The position numbers and the translations under genes are program-made. Below are positions 8,685 through 17,525 of a DNA stretch of 25,698 nucleotides, piece by piece. The notes beneath the pieces were generated by a model that was not told the DNA's origin, did not search any database, and saw only the letters and a list, made by a program, of their open reading frames with translations. Each line of letters begins with the position of its first letter. Within the stretch, counting starts at the first letter, position 1. The stretch is from the IMG/VR virus record IMGVR_UViG_3300037046_000277, positions 1-25,698 of that record; one strand, written 5' to 3'. The stretch comes from a virus. Its lineage: Duplodnaviria > Caudoviricetes.

Positions 8685-10178
8685 CTACTCATCCCGAGCA
8701 GCCCCGCGGTCAGCGGCGACCGCGTCGAACGTGCGTCCGTCTCCATCGAGCGTGGCCTGCTGGCCGGTGGCTTCCTGCCAGCGCATCACGATCACGTCGG
8801 TGTAGGCGGGATCGAGTTCCATGAGGAAGGCATGCCGGCCGATCTGGTCGGCACCCATGAGGGTCGAACCGCTGCCGCCGAACAGGTCGAGCACGTTCTC
8901 GCCGGGCTTCGAGGAGTACTGGATCGCGCGCACGGCCAGTTCGACCGGCTTCTCGGTCAAGTGGACCATGCTCTGCGGATTGACCTTCTTGACCGCCCAG
9001 ACGTCGACGGCGTTCGTCGGGCCGTAGAACTTGTGCCCTGCCCCCTCGCGCCAGCCGTAGAACGCCCATTCGTGGTTGCCCATGAAGTCCTTGCGGGTGA
9101 GCACGGGGTGTTCCTTCACCCAGATGATCGCCTGGCTGAAGTAGAGGCTGCAGGCCTTCAGGACCGGCGGGTAGTTGGCGCAGTTGGCGTAGCCGCCCCA
9201 GATGTAGAAGCAGCGACCGGGCTGCAACACGCGTGCGATGTTCCCGAACCAGGCCAGGAGCAGCTCGTCGAAGGCCTCGTCCGAGACGAAATCGTTGGCC
9301 AGGGGCCGGTCCTTCGGGCGCATCTTGCCGGTGGGCTTCGACTTGGTCTTGTGCCGCGCGAGGTCGAACCCCTGGTGGTGCATGCCCTTGGCGTCGGAGG
9401 CTTCCACCGCGCTCTTGGCCGCCGGGAAGCTCGACAGCCCAGCGGCGATCGCGTTGTTGGACCGCGGTTCGACCTTCACGTTGTAGGGCGGGTCGGTATT
9501 CACGAGGTGGATTACGGCGCCGCCCAGCAGCCGATCAACCGATGTGGGGTCGGAGCTATCGCCGCACAAGAGGCGGTGGTTGCCCAGGACCCACAGATCG
9601 CCCTGTTGGCTCACTGGCTCATCGGGGGGTTCCGGGGCGGGTGCTTCCTCGATCGACTCATCGTCCAGCAGATCGTGCAGCTCGTCCAAGCCGAACCCGG
9701 TCAGCTCGAGGTTGAAGTCGAGGCCTTCGAGTGCCTTCAGTTCCGCGGTCAGCAGGTCCTCGTCCCAGCCGGCATCGAGGGCGAGCCGGTTGTCGGCGAT
9801 GACGTAGGCCCGCTTCTGGGCTTCGGACAGGTGAGTGAGTTCGATCACCGGGACGATGGCCATCCCCAGTTCGCGGGCGGCCAGCAGCCGCCCATGGCCG
9901 GCGATGATACCGGCTTCGCCGTCGACCAGGATCGGGTTGGTCCAGCCGAACTCGAGCAGGCTGGCGGCGATCTTGGTGATCTGTTCCGCGCTGTGGGTCC
10001 GCGGGTTACGCTCGTAGGGGCGGAGCCGGTCGATGTTCCAATGTTCCAGTTTGCCGGGCAGACGGACGGGGGAGTCCGGACCTGCGGAATCGCCTGTAGA
10101 GGCCGTTTCAGGCGCGTTCTCGGGCTTCTTGGCTTCGCCGCGCCTGGAACGGTTGGAACGGCTGGAAACTTGTTTCAT
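8685..10178 (-). CDS. ParB/Srx N-terminal domain + N6A/N4C DNA methyltransferase (phage type)
   Basis: ParB motifs YERNPRTH, FGWTNPIL, IAGHGRLLAA, ADNRL; MTase motifs HRLLCGDS, TDPPYN, HLTEKPVEL, DLFGGSGST. Confidence 0.92.
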   Translation of the reverse strand: MKQVSSRSNRSRRGEAKKPENAPETASTGDSAGPDSPVRLPGKLEHWNIDRLRPYERNPRTHSAEQITKIAASLLEFGWTNPILVDGEAGIIAGHGRLLAARELGMAIVPVIELTHLSEAQKRAYVIADNRLALDAGWDEDLLTAELKALEGLDFNLELTGFGLDELHDLLDDESIEEAPAPEPPDEPVSQQGDLWVLGNHRLLCGDSSDPTSVDRLLGGAVIHLVNTDPPYNVKVEPRSNNAIAAGLSSFPAAKSAVEASDAKGMHHQGFDLARHKTKSKPTGKMRPKDRPLANDFVSDEAFDELLLAWFGNIARVLQPGRCFYIWGGYANCANYPPVLKACSLYFSQAIIWVKEHPVLTRKDFMGNHEWAFYGWREGAGHKFYGPTNAVDVWAVKKVNPQSMVHLTEKPVELAVRAIQYSSKPGENVLDLFGGSGSTLMGADQIGRHAFLMELDPAYTDVIVMRWQEATGQQATLDGDGRTFDAVAADRGAARDE

Positions 10179-10199
10179 GACTCTCCCACGCTTTGTGAA

Positions 10200-10243
10200 C
10201 CGGGGTCCGCCGTCACCCGCTTCTGAAGGCCAAGTAAGTACCT
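10200..10243 (-). other. Candidate cos-like packaging site
   Basis: The minus strand reads AGGTACT-17 nt-CGGGTGACGGCGGACCCCGG, similar in layout to lambda cosQ (GGGTCCT) ahead of cosN (GGGCGGCGACCT). It lies directly upstream of MTase-terS-terL. Confidence 0.35.
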
Positions 10244-10257
10244 ACAAAATCATGAAG

Positions 10258-10533
10258 TTACGAATCGTCCTGCTTCCAGACCTGGCTTGCATGTTGGTAG
10301 ATCGACTCGAGAGTGAGACGACCCTCCGACATCGCGACTAGTGCCATCGCCCTGCGTGGCTGAGGGGCGTGGCCCCAAAGCCATTTGTAAACGGCTCCAT
10401 TGGTGACCTTTAAGTCGGGGTCGTGAGCGAGAGCGTTGACAATCTGTGACACCCCGACATCGCTCACCCAGCGGCCGAACTCGGTATTCCAGCGATCGGC
10501 GACGCGCTTGGCGCCTCCTCGGTTAGGTGCCAC
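10258..10533 (-). CDS. Small Cro-like HTH protein
   Basis: GVSQIVNAL...VTNGAVYKWLWGHAPQPRRAMALVAMSEGRLTLESIY resembles Cro/YdaS-like regulators. Start uncertain (GTG 10533 or TTG 10575). Confidence 0.6.
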   Translation of the reverse strand: MAPNRGGAKRVADRWNTEFGRWVSDVGVSQIVNALAHDPDLKVTNGAVYKWLWGHAPQPRRAMALVAMSEGRLTLESIYQHASQVWKQDDS

Positions 10534-10782
10534 TTTGCGGAACGTCCTCTCTTCTGGTGCGAGACCTGGGCACAACTGAGAAGCGCAGAACGTGCTTCTT
10601 TTGGTTATCTACCCCGAGAATGATAGATGTGTCGGGCGAAACGGAGTTATGACTGCGGCAAAGGCGAGGAGGTAGGGCGTCCCGGTGATCTCGGTAGTGG
10701 GGGTGAGTAGGTAGTGCACGAGACATGGACGTTGAGCCACAGCTGAGAACTTAGGCCGATTGGACTTATCTCTGAGGAACGC

Positions 10783-11013
10783 TTGAGACTACGGCGACGG
10801 AACCTCTGCGTTCAGATGAAAGCTCCAACCCGGATCCGGGATACCGGGGACGGCCAGGTGCGCTATCGGTGGGTGGAGACTGGACCGCTGGAGCACTATC
10901 AGCACGCCCAGGCCTACGACTACCTGGGTGCGGACATCGCTCGGAAGAATCCCCCGGCGGCTGGCGGGGGGGGAGGTTGGCGACAGGGAGAGCGGGTTGT
11001 GGTCGGATTATGA
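10783..11013 (+). pseudogene. Possible remnant of the C-terminus of a second GpA-type terminase
   Basis: QMKAPTRI...RYRWVETGPLEHYQHAQAYDYLG parallels QLTAEKAI...REWVKIRERNEALDLEVYCLAA of the intact TerL. No upstream coding continuation. Confidence 0.45.
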
Positions 11014-11139
11014 CCGGTATTCTGGTTCCTAGTTGGAGAGGGTGTGAGGATTATGGTGATATAGGAGAAAAAGATTGCAATTGAATTGCTCGCTCCCTTA
11101 CTCTAAACATATCGGCACGCCCACCGATGAAAGTACTCA

Positions 11140-12321
11140 ATGGGCAACTATTATAAAGTATTTTATATAGCAATATCGCGGATAGTATATCTGATCCCAC
11201 TCATGTGTGTCATAATTTGCGCCAGAGGTGCAATAGCAGGCGTCATTCAGAACAAACAGATTCTTCTCGAAGAAATTTGGAGAACAGATCCTGAACAAGA
11301 GCCATACTTTAGATCACTCTCTCATTTCATAATCAATAATAACCAACTTTATGTTTTAGATAGGCTGTCCTCGACCATCTATGTCTATTCTATTGAAGGA
11401 ATACTTACGCGTACTATAAGACTCGAGGGTGAGGGGCCTGGAGAAATATACAAGCCGGCTACAATGATGCTTCTTTCAGATAGGAGCATTGGTCTTCTCT
11501 CTATTATGGGACCTAAGTTAATCTTTATAGATATGGATGGATACCCCTCATATGAATTCGGTAGCTCGGAGATTGAATTTTACAAAGACACATCCGATGT
11601 TGCAAATTCTTACCAGGCTGAATTTTGTGATGGTCGAATAGTATTAGCCGGCGAGCAAGCTATAAAAGATCGTCTATTTGTGTCATCGTATGACTTGAGT
11701 GGATCATTTGTTATGAACTACATGGAGATTGATGCAGGCTCCACGCCGGGAGTGCTTATCCTTGATGAGAGAGATTCATATTTACTAAGAGATAAACCCT
11801 GGTGTCTCGGTGCTGGAAGACGAGTCTATATTTCGGAACAGAGGGTTGGGGTTGATCACTACAGCATCATTGTATTCGAAGATGAATACAAACTTTTTGT
11901 TATTAAACATCCATTTGTTTCTCGTAAGCGAACGAGGGCAGAGATTGAACTACTCCGCACAGAGCCTGTGGGAGGCAAGCGTGGTTATGCAATATTAACC
12001 GGTATGGGAGGCAAAGTAAGAGTCGATGACTACGCCCCGGACATAAAAGAACTATTCGAAAGAGACGGCATTTTGTGGGTACGGACGAGTATAAGCGATC
12101 TAACAGAGAACATGAGGACATATGATCTATATGACCGTAGAGGAAATAATCATGGCTCATGTGATGTTGTCTTCTCAGGGATAAATTGGAAGAAGGATCA
12201 AGTACATTTTGTAAATGACTATGTGATCGTAGTTAAAGGCGAGTACGACGCCAACAATCCTGGCGTCGATCCTGATCCTGATCCGTTGCAGTTCATCATC
12301 ACGAGAGAAGCAACACCGTGA
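11140..12321 (+). CDS. Exported 6-bladed beta-propeller (NHL/DUF5128-like) protein
   Basis: Hydrophobic N-terminus; LYVLDRLSSTIYVYSIEG...EGEGPGEIYKP; DGILWVRT; YDLYDRRG; AT-rich. Confidence 0.8.
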   Translation: MGNYYKVFYIAISRIVYLIPLMCVIICARGAIAGVIQNKQILLEEIWRTDPEQEPYFRSLSHFIINNNQLYVLDRLSSTIYVYSIEGILTRTIRLEGEGPGEIYKPATMMLLSDRSIGLLSIMGPKLIFIDMDGYPSYEFGSSEIEFYKDTSDVANSYQAEFCDGRIVLAGEQAIKDRLFVSSYDLSGSFVMNYMEIDAGSTPGVLILDERDSYLLRDKPWCLGAGRRVYISEQRVGVDHYSIIVFEDEYKLFVIKHPFVSRKRTRAEIELLRTEPVGGKRGYAILTGMGGKVRVDDYAPDIKELFERDGILWVRTSISDLTENMRTYDLYDRRGNNHGSCDVVFSGINWKKDQVHFVNDYVIVVKGEYDANNPGVDPDPDPLQFIITREATP

Positions 12322-12941
12322 TAATATGTTATATTATGGCATATATGCTCGTTATGTTAATCGGCTGCGCTGGAACGCAGCCCAATCAAGCGACCTACCC
12401 ACGATACATATATACTCAACAAGAATTTAGAATTTGCATCTCTCAGAAAACGACATGGTTTAATCCGGTGGCATTCAGGAATGAGATGCGTGAAAAAGAA
12501 GAACAACTAAATAATATGGGAGCACCGGGAAACGTCATCAGCGAATTTAAAAATTTACTACCACGTGTGCGGGGAATGGAGCTCCTGATGGAGCGAGAGA
12601 TAAATGACGAGACGTCTTCTTTTCACTACATAGGAATACAATTAAAACCAGACACGCGATTAAAAGTACAACAAGGTGCATTCAGGGTCATATTGAATAA
12701 TCCAGGAACAGAACAATCAGAAGAAGTGGCCGATGAAGGCGTCCTTGTATTTTACTGGGTGGGAAGAGATCGAGCATTCTATGATTCATCACACTGCGAG
12801 TATGAACTGTATAGAGAACTACAAAATCTGGAATCAAACATACCGCTTGAAGCATATATACGACTACCCATAAAGTATGTAGGATGGACAATCAGTGGTA
12901 TGATACTGGATCCGAATAGGATCCAGATCGTGTCAAAATGA
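12318..12941 (+). CDS. Putative lipoprotein, unknown function
   Basis: GTGA start/stop overlap with the upstream gene; hydrophobic stretch ending in a lipobox-like LIG-C. Confidence 0.7.
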   Translation: MIICYIMAYMLVMLIGCAGTQPNQATYPRYIYTQQEFRICISQKTTWFNPVAFRNEMREKEEQLNNMGAPGNVISEFKNLLPRVRGMELLMEREINDETSSFHYIGIQLKPDTRLKVQQGAFRVILNNPGTEQSEEVADEGVLVFYWVGRDRAFYDSSHCEYELYRELQNLESNIPLEAYIRLPIKYVGWTISGMILDPNRIQIVSK

Positions 12942-13007
12942 TCAGGGCCATAACACCAGTTATAATATTCAATGGCCTTGATTGAAGCAAGTGAAAGGAG
13001 GTGAAGA

Positions 13008-13229
13008 ATGAAAAAGGTACTCTTACTGGTATGTTTGGTGATAGTGCTAACCGCGGTGTCGACACCCATGGCGACAGTTCAGGATGCTCATGCTATGACG
13101 CCACTCGGATGCACTACCGCTGCTGACTTTGGCTGGGCTCACTGGGGCTGGAACATGATCTGCTTCTACGAAATGTATGACTTAGGAGGATGGGAGGAAA
13201 TCGATCCAAATAGCGAGTGGTGGTTATAG
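13008..13229 (+). CDS. Small Sec-exported Trp/Cys-rich peptide
   Basis: AAAGGAGGTG RBS; MKK + hydrophobic core + AHA cleavage motif; predicted 44-aa mature part with 2 Cys and 6 Trp. Confidence 0.8.
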   Translation: MKKVLLLVCLVIVLTAVSTPMATVQDAHAMTPLGCTTAADFGWAHWGWNMICFYEMYDLGGWEEIDPNSEWWL

Positions 13230-13353
13230 CCTCGGCTAAATCACTAAGAACGCTATATGATTGAATATGGTGCGGCTACGGATGCTGGTGTTCCGTAGCC
13301 GCATTGACGGAAAATGGGGATTTACTACGCAATTGAGGCCGTGAGGTGACCCG

Positions 13354-14721
13354 GTGAATAGATATAATCCATTTGGCAAGGATATTCGAGAAATCCAAGC
13401 CGCTGATCTGCAGATGCTCGGATCTGTGTCCGAGGGATGGTACGTGGAATACAAGCGCCAGGTGCCATGCTCAAAGAGTATTGCTAAATCGATCAGTTCA
13501 TTCGCAAATCAATACGGTGGTTGGCTATTCTATGGAATCGTAGCGGACACAAATGGAAACAACATGCCGACTTCCTATCCGGGCATTGATATCAATGAGT
13601 GGAGTCGTGAGCAGGGACGTATATCATCGGCGGTAGCGGAGCATGTATTCCCTGCGCCGTTCTTCGAATGTAGGTTTATTCGGGGTCCTGCTGATGATGT
13701 GGAGCTTGAGGACGGACGTGGGATCGTCGTTGTGTACGTTCCACGTGGCACCGATGCCCCGTTTGTGCACTCGTCTGGGTGGATCTATCGGCGAATCGCT
13801 GATCAATCAACCCCTGTTCCAGAGAAGGATAGAGCCGCGTTAGATCAGTTATGGCGGCGCAGAGACGAAGCCCGCAGGGAGCTACGAGAATTCCTGTTGC
13901 GGGGACCTGAGTTGTCCGATACGGAAACGGAGTTGCCCCACCTAAGCATCTATTTTTTATGTGATCCCCTAGGAGATAGAGGATTTAGGACTACTCTTGA
14001 TATCGAAGGATTTCGTGATATCGCTCAGAGCGTAGACTCGCGCTATTTGGATTTCCCGCTGGATTCGGTTTTTTCTGGTACAGACAGCTATTTTGGGCGG
14101 CAGTGCGCCGACAACAATAGTGCCGGATTCTGTCCAATCCTTCGACACTACTTCGACGGAACAACAGTGGTGTCGCTACCGATTAGGACCTATCCGCTCG
14201 ACAGTTCTCAAGGGCGCCGGGAATTGCTTAGATATGAGAACGGCCAGAGATTCCTCGACATTCTTTCTGAGCACGGTATGGGGACGGCTCATTGGATCGA
14301 CTTGAACATCTTGCTCGCCTTGTATATCGGAGCCTACATTAAGCATCGCAAGTTCTGTGAGCGAGGCGGTATTGCGGCACAGACATTTACGAAGTCACGG
14401 TTTTCATCGCTTTGGCGAAAAATCCCATATATAGATGCTGTGAGTTACTTGAGTGTTCTGGAAACGCACGGAATCCCTGTCATTCAGGAAGATGAGATAT
14501 GGTCGCCGCCGACTCTGGAACTTGATTCCTTCCACAGTATCGAATTCCATGATCTTGCCGAAAGTGATTCAGGTGCCGTGAATGCTGCGGCTGCATGGGG
14601 TCGATCACTTGGCGCTCTGGGGCTTAGATCCTTGGTTAGTCAGGAGGAGATCATCGTCGAATTGCTGGAGGCCCTCACTCGTGGAATAGAAACTCACCGC
14701 GGGGGTACGGAGGGGCCTTGA
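13354..14721 (+). CDS. Schlafen/AlbA_2-domain protein with uncharacterised C-terminal domain
   Basis: EGWYVEYK...IAKSISSFANQYGGWLFYGI; IVVVYVPRG...PFVHSSGWIYRRIADQS; GAGGTG RBS before the GTG. Confidence 0.85.
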   Translation: MNRYNPFGKDIREIQAADLQMLGSVSEGWYVEYKRQVPCSKSIAKSISSFANQYGGWLFYGIVADTNGNNMPTSYPGIDINEWSREQGRISSAVAEHVFPAPFFECRFIRGPADDVELEDGRGIVVVYVPRGTDAPFVHSSGWIYRRIADQSTPVPEKDRAALDQLWRRRDEARRELREFLLRGPELSDTETELPHLSIYFLCDPLGDRGFRTTLDIEGFRDIAQSVDSRYLDFPLDSVFSGTDSYFGRQCADNNSAGFCPILRHYFDGTTVVSLPIRTYPLDSSQGRRELLRYENGQRFLDILSEHGMGTAHWIDLNILLALYIGAYIKHRKFCERGGIAAQTFTKSRFSSLWRKIPYIDAVSYLSVLETHGIPVIQEDEIWSPPTLELDSFHSIEFHDLAESDSGAVNAAAAWGRSLGALGLRSLVSQEEIIVELLEALTRGIETHRGGTEGP

Positions 14722-14766
14722 AAAGACAAGGGGTGAGTAGACACTACAGTCGGACGAATTACGAGG

Positions 14767-16680
14767 ATGCTTCCAGTGACGACTGAAGTCGATGCAAGTC
14801 TAGAGGCCATCTTTCGGGAATTGTTAGACGCGGCTGAGGAATCGATTCTCCTCTTGGGTGCAGGTGTTAGCATGCAGAGTCCGGCCTCTCTAATGGGAGC
14901 GACCGAGTTCAGCAATAAGATGCTATACTATCTATCTGCTGATCTCCCAGCAGCAAGGCGAGCTTTCTACGGAATTCCTCCTTCGCATCTCTCCTCGACT
15001 CCCCTTTCGATAAAGAGACTGATCGAGCAGGTGGGTGCAGAGTACAACTTGTCATATCTGTCGGCAGACTGCATTCGGATGGAGACCATTCTTTACTCCG
15101 GGTGGCTGAAGGCAGGTGACGCAGTTTTTGAGTCACTGGAGTGTTTCCGGGGTCGTCAGCCGAATGCATATCATCGGTTTGCCGGGAGCTTTCTCCGTCG
15201 TGGTGGCACCGTCATCACCACTAATTTCGACACGCTGATTGAAGACTCCCTTCCCAGCGATATTCGAGTACCCATCATCCAGGGATGGCCCAAGGACTAC
15301 CAGCAGGCACAGCACTCCCTCATCAAGTTGCATGGGACTCTCAGTGCCGGTCCTCATGGAGCACATCAAATGGCAGCGACGCTACGTCGCGTAATGGCAC
15401 CGCCGCGGGCAGGCCAAGAGATCATCTCGAACCTCATAAGCCAAGCAGCTGTCCTCACGGTCGCTGGCTATGGTTTTTCGGACCACTTTGATGTAACCCC
15501 TTCCTTGCGAAATGCAGACCCCCGTCGTGCAATCGTTCTTGAATATCTGCATGGGGTGTTGCGCATCGATGCAAGTAGCCCATTAAGTAATAAGCTTGCC
15601 GCCTTATTGCCATGGAGTACGCTTACTATAATGACGGGTGATAGCTATCCGTCTCTACTTCGAGTGATTGGACCCGACACAGGTCCAGCAATGTCCGTAC
15701 CCTCAGTAGTTTTGGAGCAGTGCATCCTCGGGCTACCATCTTGGCAACGTGCGCAAATACTTGCCGAGCTGGCCGTATTTCTTGGTCTTTATGCCGACGC
15801 GGTCGCGTTGCTAGATGATGCTCGTCCTCCAGCGGACATTTCGTTGAACGAGAAAATCAAGTATGACATTCTTGTGGCAGATGTAGCTTCCGATGCTCGC
15901 ACGCCGAGGACGATCACAGCATTGCGTAAAGTCTGTGTTGATGCCAATGGACTGCCTGCAAGCGATTATACCAGTGTGGTCTTACACGTTCGGGCACTCG
16001 CCAGTCTGGGGAGAGAGCGCCTGAGACATAGACAGACCGTGCGAGCTGTTCTAGCTTATGCTCGTGCCTGGAGGACGGCACGAAGTCTGAGCAGGCTGGC
16101 AAGGTCCGTTGAAGAGAAGGAGGAGGCGGCCGAAGTAGTTCAGGTATTGATTACTTACGGTAGCCTCGCATTTCCTCGGATCCTCAGGAGGATTGGGATT
16201 CACTTGACTGCACGGCTACGTGGTCTCCCTGGATCGATAGCTCCGGACGTTGCGCTGCTTTGGCAGCGCGAGACGCGACGAGAATCCACGATAGAGAACA
16301 TTTTATATGCACTTGAATCCATGAATATGGTGGCAGTGTATTTAGTCATGGTTGGGCGCAGAGAGTTGAAGGATTTAGAAGCAGCTAAGCGACTGGCAAC
16401 GACCATACGAAGCCGTGTATGCGGCTTTGGGAGCCGCATTGCTTTAGCGAGGTATCATCTTCAGATGGGCAACATCGCTGCGGCACAACAGGAACTGGAG
16501 GAAGCCAGAGATCTGGTAGAGGGTGGGTCTGCGCACATGCGGCGACAAGTTATGATCGGAACGTGCCTTTGCTCTCTATTAACAAAGCGGATACTGGCAG
16601 GCAGGGAGCGTACCCGTACAAGAGTTGCGCGTTGGATTGCGCACTTGTGGGATGCGGTAGCTTGGACTGGTGTGGGTTAG
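14767..16680 (+). CDS. SIR2-family (SIR2_2-like) putative NADase with helical C-terminal region
   Basis: LLLGAGVS, PNAYH, ITTNFDTLIE, IKLHG, GYGFSDHFD; Ala/Leu/Arg-rich alpha-solenoid-like C-terminal half. Confidence 0.85.
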   Translation: MLPVTTEVDASLEAIFRELLDAAEESILLLGAGVSMQSPASLMGATEFSNKMLYYLSADLPAARRAFYGIPPSHLSSTPLSIKRLIEQVGAEYNLSYLSADCIRMETILYSGWLKAGDAVFESLECFRGRQPNAYHRFAGSFLRRGGTVITTNFDTLIEDSLPSDIRVPIIQGWPKDYQQAQHSLIKLHGTLSAGPHGAHQMAATLRRVMAPPRAGQEIISNLISQAAVLTVAGYGFSDHFDVTPSLRNADPRRAIVLEYLHGVLRIDASSPLSNKLAALLPWSTLTIMTGDSYPSLLRVIGPDTGPAMSVPSVVLEQCILGLPSWQRAQILAELAVFLGLYADAVALLDDARPPADISLNEKIKYDILVADVASDARTPRTITALRKVCVDANGLPASDYTSVVLHVRALASLGRERLRHRQTVRAVLAYARAWRTARSLSRLARSVEEKEEAAEVVQVLITYGSLAFPRILRRIGIHLTARLRGLPGSIAPDVALLWQRETRRESTIENILYALESMNMVAVYLVMVGRRELKDLEAAKRLATTIRSRVCGFGSRIALARYHLQMGNIAAAQQELEEARDLVEGGSAHMRRQVMIGTCLCSLLTKRILAGRERTRTRVARWIAHLWDAVAWTGVG

Positions 16681-16682
16681 GT

Positions 16683-17525
16683 ATGTGTGAAGGTAAGCGA
16701 ACGCTAGCGTGCATACCCGCTCGTGATGAGGAGCGGCTTACATCGGTCGTTGTGCCGCTTGTGAGTATGGTCAGGAGGGTCCTCATCATAGATGACGGAT
16801 CCATAGAGACTGTGGTTCCATGTGCTGGTGCCATTGTTCATCGCTTCTCGCCGGGGCGAGGGTATGGCGACGTTGTGCAGCACGGAATAGATTCTGCAAT
16901 AAAGGGGGGATATGAGAGCGTCATATTCGTGGACGGCGACGGGCAACATGACCCGCAGTATGTACCTCGATTACTAGATGGTCTGACGAACCATGATGTT
17001 GTTATTGGTAACCGAATGGATCCGGCCAGCCCGGAGGTAGGTCTTAGGCAGGAGGAGTGGCGACGTCTTATAATCCAGCTCTTCTGTGCAACAATCGCGC
17101 GGATATGGCCACAATGTGGTATCCGTGATTGTTTCTCAGGGTTCCTGGCATTTCGCGTTGGCAGTATTCCATCAACTCTTGACTTGCGAGGTAGCGGATA
17201 CAGCAGCCCAATGCGAATGTGGCCCTGCATCGCCGCTGCCGGTTTGCGAGTTGCCCACGTTGTGGTACCGAGGATTTACCTCAAACGGCAAACCGGAGTC
17301 GTGAAGGCATATGCGAGCATGAATGAACTTGCGATGCACATATTTGGGGAATTCATTGCGGCGTCAAGTGTGCATCTTGGGTGTTCAGCTGATTCTGTGA
17401 CGGCGGTTATCAGGAGCGAGGTAGGTCGCAAGGAATATTCAGCGATAAGAGACTGGGTTGCCGCCGGTTTGGGCGGGGATAGGGGCGCAGGTGGATTGGG
17501 CATGCATCGTGCCGACATGGAATAG
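16683..17525 (+). CDS. Glycosyltransferase family 2 (DPM1-like)
   Basis: CIPARDEE, IIDDGS, GRGYG, FVDGDGQHDP, DVVIGNR, DCFSGF. Start set at ATG 16683, 2 bp after the SIR2 stop. Confidence 0.9.
   Translation: MCEGKRTLACIPARDEERLTSVVVPLVSMVRRVLIIDDGSIETVVPCAGAIVHRFSPGRGYGDVVQHGIDSAIKGGYESVIFVDGDGQHDPQYVPRLLDGLTNHDVVIGNRMDPASPEVGLRQEEWRRLIIQLFCATIARIWPQCGIRDCFSGFLAFRVGSIPSTLDLRGSGYSSPMRMWPCIAAAGLRVAHVVVPRIYLKRQTGVVKAYASMNELAMHIFGEFIAASSVHLGCSADSVTAVIRSEVGRKEYSAIRDWVAAGLGGDRGAGGLGMHRADME

Larger units (their letters stand above)
1..10575. mobile_element. Prophage/phage-satellite-like backbone (replication + DNA-packaging genes); extends beyond the left edge
   Basis: Helicase C-terminus, Prim-Pol primase, ParB-MTase, TerS, GpA-type TerL and Cro-like HTH cluster in GC-rich sequence. 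Boundaries are approximate. Confidence 0.85.

Noticed and set aside
8346-10226. 626-aa plus-strand ORF
   Set aside because: Antisense shadow of the GC3-rich MTase/TerS genes; no recognisable motifs.
12268-12284. GATCCT tandem repeat
   Set aside because: Simply encodes DPDPDP in frame; too short to suggest phase variation.
16419-16682. N-terminal 88 aa of the 368-aa GT ORF
   Set aside because: Overlaps the SIR2 gene; the GT2 fold begins right after ATG 16683.
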